Assembly: GCA_032122215.1 (NCBI GenBank)
Contig: JAUMCZ010000031.1
Span: 7,131 to 71,130 of the forward strand
Source: Caulobacter sp.
GTDB taxonomy: Bacteria > Pseudomonadota > Alphaproteobacteria > Caulobacterales > Caulobacteraceae
Reading direction: 5' to 3'
DNA length: 64,000 nucleotides
Of the stretch, positions 50,204 through 58,928 are shown one piece after another. Made by a program: the position numbers and the translations under genes. Numbering within the stretch: position 1 is the first letter of the stretch; each line of letters starts with the position of its first letter. Below the pieces are notes generated by a model, which did no database searches, was not told where the DNA came from, and worked only from the letters and a program-made list of their open reading frames with translations.

Positions 50204-50280
50204 GGGGACACATTGAATTTCGCCCCGCCCCGCCGGGGGTCTTTCACGCAGGATAGGGGGGCGAAATTCAATGTGTCCCC
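50204..50280. repeat. 77-bp element with perfect 23-bp terminal inverted repeats (family C)
   Basis: GGGGACACATTGAATTTCGCCCC (50204-50226) and its exact reverse complement (50258-50280) between fabD and fabG. Confidence 0.85.
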
Positions 50281-50292
50281 GCTTGCCGTCGC

Positions 50293-51237
50293 CTAAAGCG
50301 ACTTCGCGAACCCTTCCAGATCCGCCGGGCTGTTCAGCGGCGTCGCCGTCGCGTCCGGGCAGCTGCGCTTGATCATGCCCGACAGCACCTTGCCGGCCCC
50401 GGCCTCGGCGAAGCGGGTCACGCCCCCCTCCCCGGCCATCCAGTCCATGGTCTCGCGCCAGCGGACCCGGCCGGTCACCTGCTCGATCAGCTGGCGCCGG
50501 ATCACTTCCGGATCATGCACCGGCCGCGCCGTGACGTTGGCCACCAGCGGCGCCCGCGGCGCCAGGATCGTCGTCCCTTCGAGCGCCGCCGCCATCTCGT
50601 CGGCCGCCGGCTGCATCAGCGGGCAGTGGAAGGGCGCCGAGACGTTCAGCCGGATGGCGCGGGCGCCCAGTTCCTCGGCCTTCTCGATGGCCCGCTCGAC
50701 GGCCGCCTTGGCGCCGGAGATGACCACGTTGCCGGTGTTGTTGTCATTGGCCACGACGCAGACGCCGACTTCCGCGCCCGCCGCCGCCGCCGCTTCGGCC
50801 AGCGCCACATCGGTGTTCTTGCCGATCAACGAGGCCATCGAGCCCTCGCCCACCGGCACGGCCCGCTGCATCGCCTGACCGCGCAGCTTCAGCAGCTTCG
50901 CCGTTTCGCCAAGCGCGATGGAGCCGGCCGCCGCCAGGGCGCTGTATTCCCCAAGGCTGTGGCCCGCCACGAAGGCGGCGCGGTCGAGCCCGACGCCGAA
51001 CTCCTTCTCCAGCGTCCGCGTCACGGCGAGGCTGACGGCCATCAACGCCGGCTGGGCGTTCTGGGTCAGGGTCAGCTCGTCCTCGGGACCTTCCCACATC
51101 AGCTTGCTGAGCTTCTGGTTCAGGGCGTCGTCGACTTCCTGGAAGACTTCGCGGGCGGCCGCAAAGGCCTCGGCAAGATCGGCGCCCATGCCGACGGCCT
51201 GGCTGCCCTGACCGGGGAAAACGAAGGCGAGTGACAT
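50293..51237 (-). CDS. fabD: Malonyl-CoA-ACP transacylase
   Basis: FPGQGSQ, QNAQPAL, GHSLGEY, VSAPFHC, VRWRE. Confidence 0.96.
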   Translation of the reverse strand: MSLAFVFPGQGSQAVGMGADLAEAFAAAREVFQEVDDALNQKLSKLMWEGPEDELTLTQNAQPALMAVSLAVTRTLEKEFGVGLDRAAFVAGHSLGEYSALAAAGSIALGETAKLLKLRGQAMQRAVPVGEGSMASLIGKNTDVALAEAAAAAGAEVGVCVVANDNNTGNVVISGAKAAVERAIEKAEELGARAIRLNVSAPFHCPLMQPAADEMAAALEGTTILAPRAPLVANVTARPVHDPEVIRRQLIEQVTGRVRWRETMDWMAGEGGVTRFAEAGAGKVLSGMIKRSCPDATATPLNSPADLEGFAKSL

Positions 51238-51419
51238 GTTTGGGCTCCTGTAGCGGAAGCCTGTCAGGCGAAGTGCGCGCGGTTCGCCGCCCGGACAGGC
51301 TCCCAAAGAATGGGCGCGCAGGGTTAGGCCAATCGCCAAAAAGGGGCAAGTCACCCCCCAAACAGGCCGTGCCGAACGACACAGGGCGTGACCAACTCCC
51401 CCGACATTGGGGAGTTTCC

Positions 51420-52367
51420 ATGCGCCGCCTGATCCTGACCGCCGCCCTCGTCCTTCTGCCCGCCTGCGCCGCCGGCGCGGCCACCCCGCCCGCCTCCATC
51501 GTCGAGGAGGCGCGCCAGACCATCTACGCCAACCTCACCGAGGGCTCGACGCCCGAGGAGATCAAGGAGCTGCCGGCCTGGATGCTGAAGACCTCGCCCA
51601 GGATGTTCAGCCGGATCGACATCAACGGCGACAAGCTGGCCGACTGGCGGGTCAGCTACGAGGGCGCCCCGACCGCCTCCTATTTCTGCGGCACAGGCGG
51701 CTGTCGCAACATTCTCTATCTCGGCCAGGCCGACGGCACGGTCCGCAAGGTCTTCCAGAACAGCGGCGGCGACTACAAATTCACCGGGCCGAAGTCGGCC
51801 CGCAAGCTGGAGGTCAATCTGCATGGCTCGGCCTGCGGCAGCTACGGCGCCGACGAGTGCCTGCGCGCCTGGCGCTGGGACAGGGCGACGGACGCCTATG
51901 TCGAAATCCCCAACAGCAAGGGCCTGGCCCTGCTCGCCTCGGGCTCCATCCCCGCGCTGCAGCCGGAGCTGAAGGACGCCCCTGCCGAGATCAAGACCGA
52001 GGTCGCGGCCCGCGAGGCCGCCTGCAAGGCGTTCGGCGCCGAAAAGTTCGACGCCATCCAGATCAGCACCATCCCCGACGTGAACGGCGACGGCCTGCGC
52101 GAATGGACCGTCGGCATGCCCTATCCCGACTGCGGCTACGAGAAAGAGAACCCGCCGCCCGGCAAGCTGTCCTTCTTCCTCTCGGACGGCGGCGCGTTCG
52201 TGAAGGCCTTCGAACAGGAAGAGAGCTGGAACCTCGACCTCAGCTCCACGCCAGCCAGGATCCAGCAGGTCCTCGACAGCGAAGACTGCGGTCTCGGCGA
52301 AAAGCCCTGCCCTACCCGCACCCTGGTCTGGGACCCGGCCAGCAAGACGCTGAAACCGGCCGGATGA
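51420..52367 (+). CDS. Exported hypothetical protein with two related DxNGD-containing, Cys-rich domains
   Basis: Signal or lipoprotein leader; DINGDKLADW / DVNGDGLREW; FCGTGGC; GC3-biased codons. Confidence 0.7.
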   Translation: MRRLILTAALVLLPACAAGAATPPASIVEEARQTIYANLTEGSTPEEIKELPAWMLKTSPRMFSRIDINGDKLADWRVSYEGAPTASYFCGTGGCRNILYLGQADGTVRKVFQNSGGDYKFTGPKSARKLEVNLHGSACGSYGADECLRAWRWDRATDAYVEIPNSKGLALLASGSIPALQPELKDAPAEIKTEVAAREAACKAFGAEKFDAIQISTIPDVNGDGLREWTVGMPYPDCGYEKENPPPGKLSFFLSDGGAFVKAFEQEESWNLDLSSTPARIQQVLDSEDCGLGEKPCPTRTLVWDPASKTLKPAG

Positions 52368-52388
52368 ATATGTCTAGACATATCCATT
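52363..52388. promoter_or_regulatory. Near-perfect palindrome of unknown function, copy 2
   Basis: GATGAATATGTCTAGACATATCCAT, first 25 bp match copy 1 (17431) except one base; overlaps the TGA of the upstream gene. Confidence 0.55.
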
Positions 52389-52461
52389 TTCGGGCCTCGC
52401 CGAGCGGCGCTGAAAGGCGCCGCAAATGCCAGGGGGGTTGCGGCGCCTTCCAGCCGCGTTT

Positions 52462-52557
52462 GTAGGCCGGACCGACCTCCAACCGACCTACATTCGGTGA
52501 CACTCGACCTACACACCGACCTACGCCCGGACCTACGCCCGCTGAGCCTCGACCCAC
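52462..52557. repeat. Array of 9-bp YCGACCTAC-like direct repeats
   Basis: Six direct copies starting at 52472, 52483, 52504, 52516, 52528 and 52549, plus one inverted copy at 52462. Confidence 0.75.
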
Positions 52558-52712
52558 GTCCCGGTGACGGTTTCGGCAGACATTTCAACGCGCGTCAGCC
52601 GCCATCGCCCCTTCCCCCTCGATGATCGGGTATAATGGTAGCCCGCTTCGATAGCCGGCCTTGCCACCGCCCCCCGTGGCCCTAGCTTCGCAGCCAGCCC
52701 TGGAGCCTCGAA

Positions 52713-53264
52713 ATGAACCGCCGCCTGCTGATTTCCGCCCTCGCCGCCGTCTCTGTCGCCGCTGTCGGCATGCCTGCCTTCGCCGCGCTCAAGGTCGGAA
52801 CAAAGGTTCCCGACTTCACGCTGCCGGGCTTCAAGGCCGGCAAGGCCCTGACCTACAGCCTCGCCGACGCCCGCAAGAAGGGGCCGGTGGTGGTCTATTT
52901 TTTCCCGGCGGCCTTCACCGGCGGCTGTGATCTGGAGGCCCGCCTGTTCGCCGAGGCGGCCGACGACTACGCCAGGCAGGGCGCCAGCATCATCGGCGTC
53001 ACCGCCGGCTCGATCGACCGTCTGCAGGAGTTCTCGGCCGACAACGCCCGCTGCTCCGGCAAATTCCCGGTCGCCGCCGACAAGGGCGCCAAGGTCGCCA
53101 GGCAGTGGGATTCGGCCCTGCCGGTCGGCATCTCCAACCGCACCAGCTACGTCATCGCCCCGGACGGCACTGTGCTCTACGTCCACAGCGAGATGAACGC
53201 CCAGAAGCACGTCGAGCTGACGCTGGCGGCGGTGAAGAAGTGGAAGGCCGGCAAGAAGGGCTAG
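52713..53264 (+). CDS. Exported peroxiredoxin (BCP/AhpC-TSA family)
   Basis: Signal peptide MNRRLLISALAA; peroxidatic PxxxTxxC (FPAAFTGGC), SNRTSYVIAPDG. Confidence 0.9.
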   Translation: MNRRLLISALAAVSVAAVGMPAFAALKVGTKVPDFTLPGFKAGKALTYSLADARKKGPVVVYFFPAAFTGGCDLEARLFAEAADDYARQGASIIGVTAGSIDRLQEFSADNARCSGKFPVAADKGAKVARQWDSALPVGISNRTSYVIAPDGTVLYVHSEMNAQKHVELTLAAVKKWKAGKKG

Positions 53265-53309
53265 GACTGACCCTGGCGGGCCATCCGCGCACCGCTGATC
53301 CCGCCGGAA

Positions 53310-53858
53310 TCAGGAGCTGTGCTTGCGCAGCTTGTCGCGCATCGACGGCGTGCAGGTGGTCTTCTGGCAATAGAGGGTGACCATGTCGTCGATGTACTCC
53401 GGCATGAGCTCCATCATGGCCGCCATCATCGGCATGTTGAGGTCGTTGCTCTTGGCGACGACCGACTTGCCGACATCGCTCTCGTAGAACGCCACCATCG
53501 CCTCAAGTTCGGCCTCGGTGAACGTCTGCGCCACGATCGGGATCATCGCGTCGACCATCCGCGGCAGAAGGGCCTGCGTCGCCTCGCGCGCCGCCGAGGA
53601 CATGGCCTTGCCATCGAAACCTTCGGCGTCTTCCTCGAGCTCACCGAACACGTCCATGGCTTCGAACGTGCTCATCATCATCTGCTCGAACTGCATGGCG
53701 ACGAAGTAGCGCCGCGCCAGCGACAGGGCGCGCTCGGACGGCTTGGCGACCTTGGCGGACTTGGCGACAGGTTCGGCGGCCAGCGCCATGGGCGCCGTGG
53801 GAGCGGAAGACAGCAACAGCCCGACGGACAGGCCGGCGGAAATCAACAGACGACGCAT
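53310..53858 (-). CDS. DUF2059 domain exported protein
   Basis: Signal peptide; [21 protein letters not shown] signature. Confidence 0.82.
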   Translation of the reverse strand: MRRLLISAGLSVGLLLSSAPTAPMALAAEPVAKSAKVAKPSERALSLARRYFVAMQFEQMMMSTFEAMDVFGELEEDAEGFDGKAMSSAAREATQALLPRMVDAMIPIVAQTFTEAELEAMVAFYESDVGKSVVAKSNDLNMPMMAAMMELMPEYIDDMVTLYCQKTTCTPSMRDKLRKHSS

Positions 53859-53974
53859 GGAAAAGCCCCCCAACGGCGAAACGCGAAACAAGCCAGCCAT
53901 CCCACGGCCACCCCCGGCGATCAACGCCAAAACCCGCGCGCCGCTTGCGTTTCCGACGCCTTGCCTGTAATAGC

Positions 53975-54115
53975 GCGCCCTCTCTTGGAAGGCGGTCTTG
54001 CACGGATCCCTTTAGTGGCGGGCGGATTCTCCGTTCTCCTACGTGCAGGATCCATCGGAATCGCCGGGCTTGCGCCGTCGCTTTCGCCGCCTTCCTCATC
54101 GCAAGAAGGATAACC
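53975..54115 (+). promoter_or_regulatory. Probable structured 5' leader of rpsF-rpsR-rplI
   Basis: TTGCGT-N17-TGTAAT promoter-like pair just upstream; TGCACG/CGTGCA and GGGCGGA/TCCGTTC pairings; S6:S18 autoregulatory leaders are known in many bacteria. Confidence 0.35.
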
Positions 54116-54568
54116 ATGGCGCTCTACGAGCATGTGGTCATTGCGCGGCAGGACATCAGCCCGCAACAGGCCGAACAAATGAATGAGGACATGAAGGCCC
54201 TCATCGAAGGTCAAGGCGGTCACATCGCCAAGATCGAGTACTGGGGCCTCCGCAACCTCACTTTCCGCATCAAGAAGAACCGCAAGGGTCACTACTCCCT
54301 GCTGGCCATCGACGCCCCGGCGCCGGCCGTCAAGGAAATGGAACGTCAGCTGTCTCTCAACGAAGACGTGCTGCGCTTCATGACCATCCGCGTCGAGGAA
54401 CTCGACCTGGAACTGTCGCCCGTTCTCGCCCGTCGCGACCGCGACCGTGAGCGCCGCGACGACTTCGGCGGCGACCGTCCCGATCGTGGCGATCGTCCCG
54501 ACCGTGGTGACCGCCCCGAGCGCGGTGACCGTCCGGAACGCGTTGAGCGCACCGGTGAGGAGGCCTGA
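54116..54568 (+). CDS. rpsF: 30S ribosomal protein S6
   Basis: [38 protein letters not shown]. Confidence 0.97.
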   Translation: MALYEHVVIARQDISPQQAEQMNEDMKALIEGQGGHIAKIEYWGLRNLTFRIKKNRKGHYSLLAIDAPAPAVKEMERQLSLNEDVLRFMTIRVEELDLELSPVLARRDRDRERRDDFGGDRPDRGDRPDRGDRPERGDRPERVERTGEEA

Positions 54569-54570
54569 TC

Positions 54571-54846
54571 ATGACTGACGCTACCGAAACCTCGGAGGCT
54601 CCGGCCGCCGCCGCTGGCGGCGCCCGCCGTCCGTTCTTCCGCCGCCGCAAGGTGTGCCCGTTCTCCGGCGCCAACGCTCCGAAGATCGACTACAAGGACG
54701 TCAAGCTCCTGCAGCGCTACATTTCCGAGCGTGGCAAGATCGTTCCGAGCCGCATCACGGCCGTCTCGGCCAAGAAGCAGCGTGAACTGGCCCGCGCCAT
54801 CAAGCGCGCCCGCTTCCTCGCCCTGCTCCCCTACGTCGTGAAGTAA
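54571..54846 (+). CDS. rpsR: 30S ribosomal protein S18
   Basis: [39 protein letters not shown]. Confidence 0.97.
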   Translation: MTDATETSEAPAAAAGGARRPFFRRRKVCPFSGANAPKIDYKDVKLLQRYISERGKIVPSRITAVSAKKQRELARAIKRARFLALLPYVVK

Positions 54847-54859
54847 GGGAACCAGATCG

Positions 54860-55444
54860 ATGAAAGTCATTCTGCTCGAACGTGTTGAAGGCTGGGGCAC
54901 CCTCGGCGACGTGGTCAACGTGAAGGACGGGTTCGCCCGTAACTTCCTGCTGCCGCGCTCCAAGGCCCTGCGCGCCACCGCCTCGAACCTGAAGACCTTT
55001 GAAGGTCAACGGGCCGATATCGAAGCGCGCAACGCCAAGACCCGTGAACAGGCTGGGACCGCCGGCGAGAAGCTGGACGGCACCTCCTACATCATGATCC
55101 GCCAGGCCGGTGAGTCCGGTCAGCTGTACGGTTCGGTCTCCGGCCGTGACGTCGCTGACATGGTCAACGCCGAAGGCGGCAAGATCGACCGGTCGATGGT
55201 CATCCTCGACAAGCCGATCAAGACGCTGGGCGTTCACCCCGTGAAGGTGAAGCTGCATGCTGAAGTGACCATCTCGGTCAACATCAACATCGCCCGCAGC
55301 CAGGACGAAGCCGAACGCCAGGCCAAGGGCGAGGACGTCATCGCCAGCCGCTTCGAAGACGAAGCCCGGGCCGACGCCGAAGCCGCCGCTGACCTTCTCG
55401 AAGGTGGCGCCGGCCAGCAGGAGCGCTTTGGCGACGACGCCTGA
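54860..55444 (+). CDS. rplI: 50S ribosomal protein L9
   Basis: MKVILLERV, VKDGFARNFLLP, LYGSVS, PIKTLG. Confidence 0.97.
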   Translation: MKVILLERVEGWGTLGDVVNVKDGFARNFLLPRSKALRATASNLKTFEGQRADIEARNAKTREQAGTAGEKLDGTSYIMIRQAGESGQLYGSVSGRDVADMVNAEGGKIDRSMVILDKPIKTLGVHPVKVKLHAEVTISVNINIARSQDEAERQAKGEDVIASRFEDEARADAEAAADLLEGGAGQQERFGDDA

Positions 55445-55469
55445 GCCTTTCTACTGAAAGACCAAAATG

Positions 55470-55507
55470 AGCGGCGCGGAGGGCAACCTCCGCGCCGCTT
55501 CTTTTTT
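55470..55507 (+). terminator. Intrinsic terminator of rpsF-rpsR-rplI
   Basis: AGCGGCGCGGAGG-gcaa-CCTCCGCGCCGCT then TCTTTTTT. Confidence 0.88.
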
Positions 55508-55512
55508 GGAGG

Positions 55513-55571
55513 CCTCTCCCAAAGGGAGAGGGAGGAGCCCGTCCGCGCAGCCTTCTCCCTCCGGGAGACGG
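55513..55571. repeat. Degenerate family-B REP-like hairpins
   Basis: CCTCTCCC-aaa-GGGAGAGG and CCTTCTCCC-tcc-GGGAGACGG resemble the outer hairpins at 9880 and 44855. Confidence 0.5.
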
Positions 55572-55678
55572 CATGGAAATTCAGCGCCGCTCAGGCATCC
55601 ACAGACCCGGCGACTTACCAACAGCCAATCACGTCCTCCTGACCCCATTCTCGCGCCCGTTAAGATATCGGTTAACAC

Positions 55679-57184
55679 ATGGCCATCGTCCCCGCGCTCG
55701 ATCTCCGTCCGGTCCCCTCCGACCCGGCGCCGCAGCACCTGCCGTCCAACATCGAGGCGGAACAGGCGCTGCTCGGGGTCCTGCTCTATGACAACGCCGC
55801 CTATGAGCGGCTGAGCGACAAGCTCGGCGGCAGCCACTTCTTCGAGCCCTTCCATCAGCGCCTGTTCAGCGCGATGGAAAACCACATCCGCAAGGGTCAG
55901 CTGGCCGAGCCCATCCTGCTGGCCGACGAATTCCGCAACGACCCGGCCTTCCAGGAGCTGGGCGGCCTGCGCTACCTCGCCGACCTCGTGGATCGCGCGC
56001 CGCCGGCCGCCAACGTCGGTGACTACGCCCGGGTGGTCTACGAGCTTGCGATCCGACGGGAACTGATCCGTATCGGCGGCGAGATCGCCGTCGAGGCCGG
56101 CACGCCCGACGCCGAGCGCGACAGCCGCGACCAGATCGAACTGGCGGAACAGAAGCTCTACAACCTCGCCGAATCCGGCACCGCCTCGACCGGCTTCATC
56201 GGCTTCGCCGACGCCCTGCGCGGCGCCGTCGAGATGGCCGCCGAGGCCTACAGCCGCGATGGCGGCCTGGCCGGCATCTCGACCGGCCTGATTGACCTCG
56301 ACCAGAAGATGGGCGGGCTGCACCCTTCCGACCTGCTGATCCTCGCCGGTCGACCCTCGATGGGAAAGACCGCCCTGGCGACCAACATCGCCTTCAACGT
56401 CGCCAAGGCCTACGCCTGGGAGCCGCAGCCGGACGGCAGCAAGAAGACGGTCAGCGGCGGCGTCGTCGCCTTCTTCTCCCTCGAAATGAGCGCCGAACAG
56501 CTGGCCCTGCGTCTGCTGGCCGACGCCTCCGGCGTCTCCGGCGACCGCCTGCGCAAGGGCGAGATCGACGCCTCCGAATTCGGCCGGGTCCGCGACGCGG
56601 CCATGGAGATCCAGGAAGCGCCGCTCTACATCGACGCCACCGGCGGCCTGGCCATCGCCAAGCTGGTGGCCCGCTCGCGCCGCCTCAAGCGCTCGGTCGG
56701 CCTCGACCTGATCGTCGTCGACTACCTGCAGCTGCTGACCGGCGGCGAGGGCAAGAGCGACAACCGGGTGCAGGAAGTGTCGATGATCACCCAGGGCCTT
56801 AAAGCCCTGGCCAAGGAACTCAGCGTCCCCGTCATCGCCCTGTCTCAGCTCTCCCGCCAGGTCGAGAACCGTGAGGACAAGCGGCCACAGCTGTCCGACC
56901 TTCGCGAGTCCGGTTCGATCGAACAGGACGCCGACATGGTCATGTTCGTGTATCGCGAAGCCTACTATCTGGGCCGCGCCGAACCGGACAACACCAAGGA
57001 CCAGGCCAAGCACCTCGAGTGGCAGGAGCGGCTGGATGAAATCCAGAACGTCGCCGAAGTGATCATCGGCAAGCAGCGTCACGGTCCTATCGGTACGGTG
57101 AAGCTGCACTTCAACGCGGACCTGACCAAGTTCGGCAACCTTGCCCAGGACGGTCGTTTCGCCAGCCGATTCCCGAGCGACTAG
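55679..57184 (+). CDS. dnaB: Replicative DNA helicase
   Basis: PSNIEAEQALLG, GRPSMGKT, FSLEMSAEQL, VDYLQL, LSQLSRQVE, DLRESGSIEQDAD, KQRHGP. Confidence 0.97.
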   Translation: MAIVPALDLRPVPSDPAPQHLPSNIEAEQALLGVLLYDNAAYERLSDKLGGSHFFEPFHQRLFSAMENHIRKGQLAEPILLADEFRNDPAFQELGGLRYLADLVDRAPPAANVGDYARVVYELAIRRELIRIGGEIAVEAGTPDAERDSRDQIELAEQKLYNLAESGTASTGFIGFADALRGAVEMAAEAYSRDGGLAGISTGLIDLDQKMGGLHPSDLLILAGRPSMGKTALATNIAFNVAKAYAWEPQPDGSKKTVSGGVVAFFSLEMSAEQLALRLLADASGVSGDRLRKGEIDASEFGRVRDAAMEIQEAPLYIDATGGLAIAKLVARSRRLKRSVGLDLIVVDYLQLLTGGEGKSDNRVQEVSMITQGLKALAKELSVPVIALSQLSRQVENREDKRPQLSDLRESGSIEQDADMVMFVYREAYYLGRAEPDNTKDQAKHLEWQERLDEIQNVAEVIIGKQRHGPIGTVKLHFNADLTKFGNLAQDGRFASRFPSD

Positions 57185-57254
57185 TCAGCCATTTCACTTG
57201 ACCCATATCGCCGTGGTGAGCGACATCCCGTCGCACACCGTACGGGCGTTTGTT

Positions 57255-58928
57255 TTGCAGTCTCCGCCGTTCCTCGCACCCTCGCTTCGCAAGGCCATCG
57301 GCCCCAGTGTGCGCAGCCGACTTGTGCTGATGGCGCTCAGCCTGGTGGTGCCGGCCGTGGTGCTGATGGTCATCGTGACCGCCAACGCCTACCGCGAGAG
57401 CCAGACGCGCTACGAACAGCAGCTGGTCGCCACCACCCGCGCCCTGGGCGTCGCCACCGATCGCCAGATTTCCCAGGGCGTCGCCACCCTGGAAACGCTG
57501 GCCCTCTCGCCTGCCCTGCAGGATGGCGACCTGGCCGCCTTCGAGCGCCAGGCGCGCGAGACGGTCAAACAGGGCACGTCCTGGATATTGCTGGCCGACG
57601 ACCAACGACAGGTCATCAATACCCGTGCCGCGCCGGGCGCCGCCCTGCCCCGTCCCAATCGCAGCGCCGCCGCCTGGAAGGCTCTGAATGAAGGCCGCAC
57701 AACCGTCTCCAACCTGGTTCCAAGCCAGGTCGTCCGGGGACCGGTCGTCGCCATCAACATGCCGGTGGTGGTCAAGGGGAAGCTGTATGGCCTGTCCCTG
57801 GTCCAGGAGCCTGTCGCCTACGAAAGCATCTTCCGTTCCCAGCGGCTGCCCCGGACCTGGACCGGCGCCATCCTTGACCGCGACCACCGCCTGATCGCGA
57901 GGTCGGTGGACGGCCAGCGTCTGCGGGGGCGCATGGCCACACAAGATCTCCGCACCGGACTCGAGAAATCGGCGGAGGGCGTCATTCTGAGCCACACGCT
58001 GACCGGGGTCCCGACGCTGGCCGGCTTCAGCCGTTCACCCAACTACGGCTGGACCTTCGTCGTCGGGGTGCCGCGCAACGAAGTCTATGCCGCGGTAACC
58101 CAGTCGGTCATCGGCCTGTCTGCGGCCACCGGCCTGTTGCTCGTCCTTGGCCTTCTGCTGGCCGTGGGCTTCTCGGTGCAGATCTCCCGCCAGGTTCGCA
58201 GTCTGGCCGCCGACGCCGCCCTGATCGCCGAGAACCGCATCGTCGAGACCCGCTCCGACGACCTGACCGAAACCGCCCAGGTCCGCGAGGCCCTGCACCA
58301 GGCCTCCCTTGCCCTGCGGGTGCGGGAGGAGGAACGGACCGCTGCCGCCGCCCGCCAGGAGGTGATGATCAACGAGCTGAACCACCGGGTGAAGAACACG
58401 CTCGCGATGATCCAGTCCCTGGCCCGCCAGAGCTTCAGCGTCGCCGACCCCGGGGCGCTGGAGACCTTCACCGAACGCCTGGTCGCTCTGTCCCGGGCAC
58501 ACGACCTGCTGACCGAACGGACCTGGATCAACGCCGACCTCAGCGAGGTCGTGGGCCGCACCCTCGACCCCTACGGTGAGCGGGCCCGGTTCAGCGGCCC
58601 GCCGCTCAGCCTGGCGCCGAACGCCGCAGTGACCATGAGCATGATCCTGCACGAGATGGCGACCAACGCCGTCAAGCACGGAGCCCTTTCGAGGCCGGAG
58701 GGCCAGGTCGAAGTGATGTGGACCCTCGATGGCGAGCACAGCCTGACCCTGATCTGGCGCGAACGCGGCGGCCCGGAGGTCAAGAAACCCGGCAATGGCG
58801 GGTTCGGCTCGCGGCTCATAACGGCCAGCGTGCAGCACGAGTTCAGCGGCCAGGTCCAGGTGGAGCACCTGCCCACGGGCCTGGTCTGCACCCTTGTCAT
58901 CCCGTTGGGTCCGCGGCTGATCGGCTAG
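57255..58928 (+). CDS. Membrane sensor histidine kinase, HWE family, with periplasmic Cache-like domain
   Basis: Two transmembrane helices; ELNHRVKNTL, HEMATNAVKHGAL, WRERGGP, GFGSRL; start uncertain (TTG 57255 or GTG 57309). Confidence 0.88.
   Translation: MQSPPFLAPSLRKAIGPSVRSRLVLMALSLVVPAVVLMVIVTANAYRESQTRYEQQLVATTRALGVATDRQISQGVATLETLALSPALQDGDLAAFERQARETVKQGTSWILLADDQRQVINTRAAPGAALPRPNRSAAAWKALNEGRTTVSNLVPSQVVRGPVVAINMPVVVKGKLYGLSLVQEPVAYESIFRSQRLPRTWTGAILDRDHRLIARSVDGQRLRGRMATQDLRTGLEKSAEGVILSHTLTGVPTLAGFSRSPNYGWTFVVGVPRNEVYAAVTQSVIGLSAATGLLLVLGLLLAVGFSVQISRQVRSLAADAALIAENRIVETRSDDLTETAQVREALHQASLALRVREEERTAAAARQEVMINELNHRVKNTLAMIQSLARQSFSVADPGALETFTERLVALSRAHDLLTERTWINADLSEVVGRTLDPYGERARFSGPPLSLAPNAAVTMSMILHEMATNAVKHGALSRPEGQVEVMWTLDGEHSLTLIWRERGGPEVKKPGNGGFGSRLITASVQHEFSGQVQVEHLPTGLVCTLVIPLGPRLIG

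Noticed and set aside
52462-52557. CRISPR array
   Set aside because: Repeats are only 9 bp with 2-12 bp gaps, there are no spacer-sized unique sequences, and no cas genes.
55660-55676. CtrA box upstream of dnaB (TTAA-N8-TTAAC); similar partial site at about 13268-13283
   Set aside because: Spacing is 8, not the required 7, and the second site matches only one half. At most these are half-sites.
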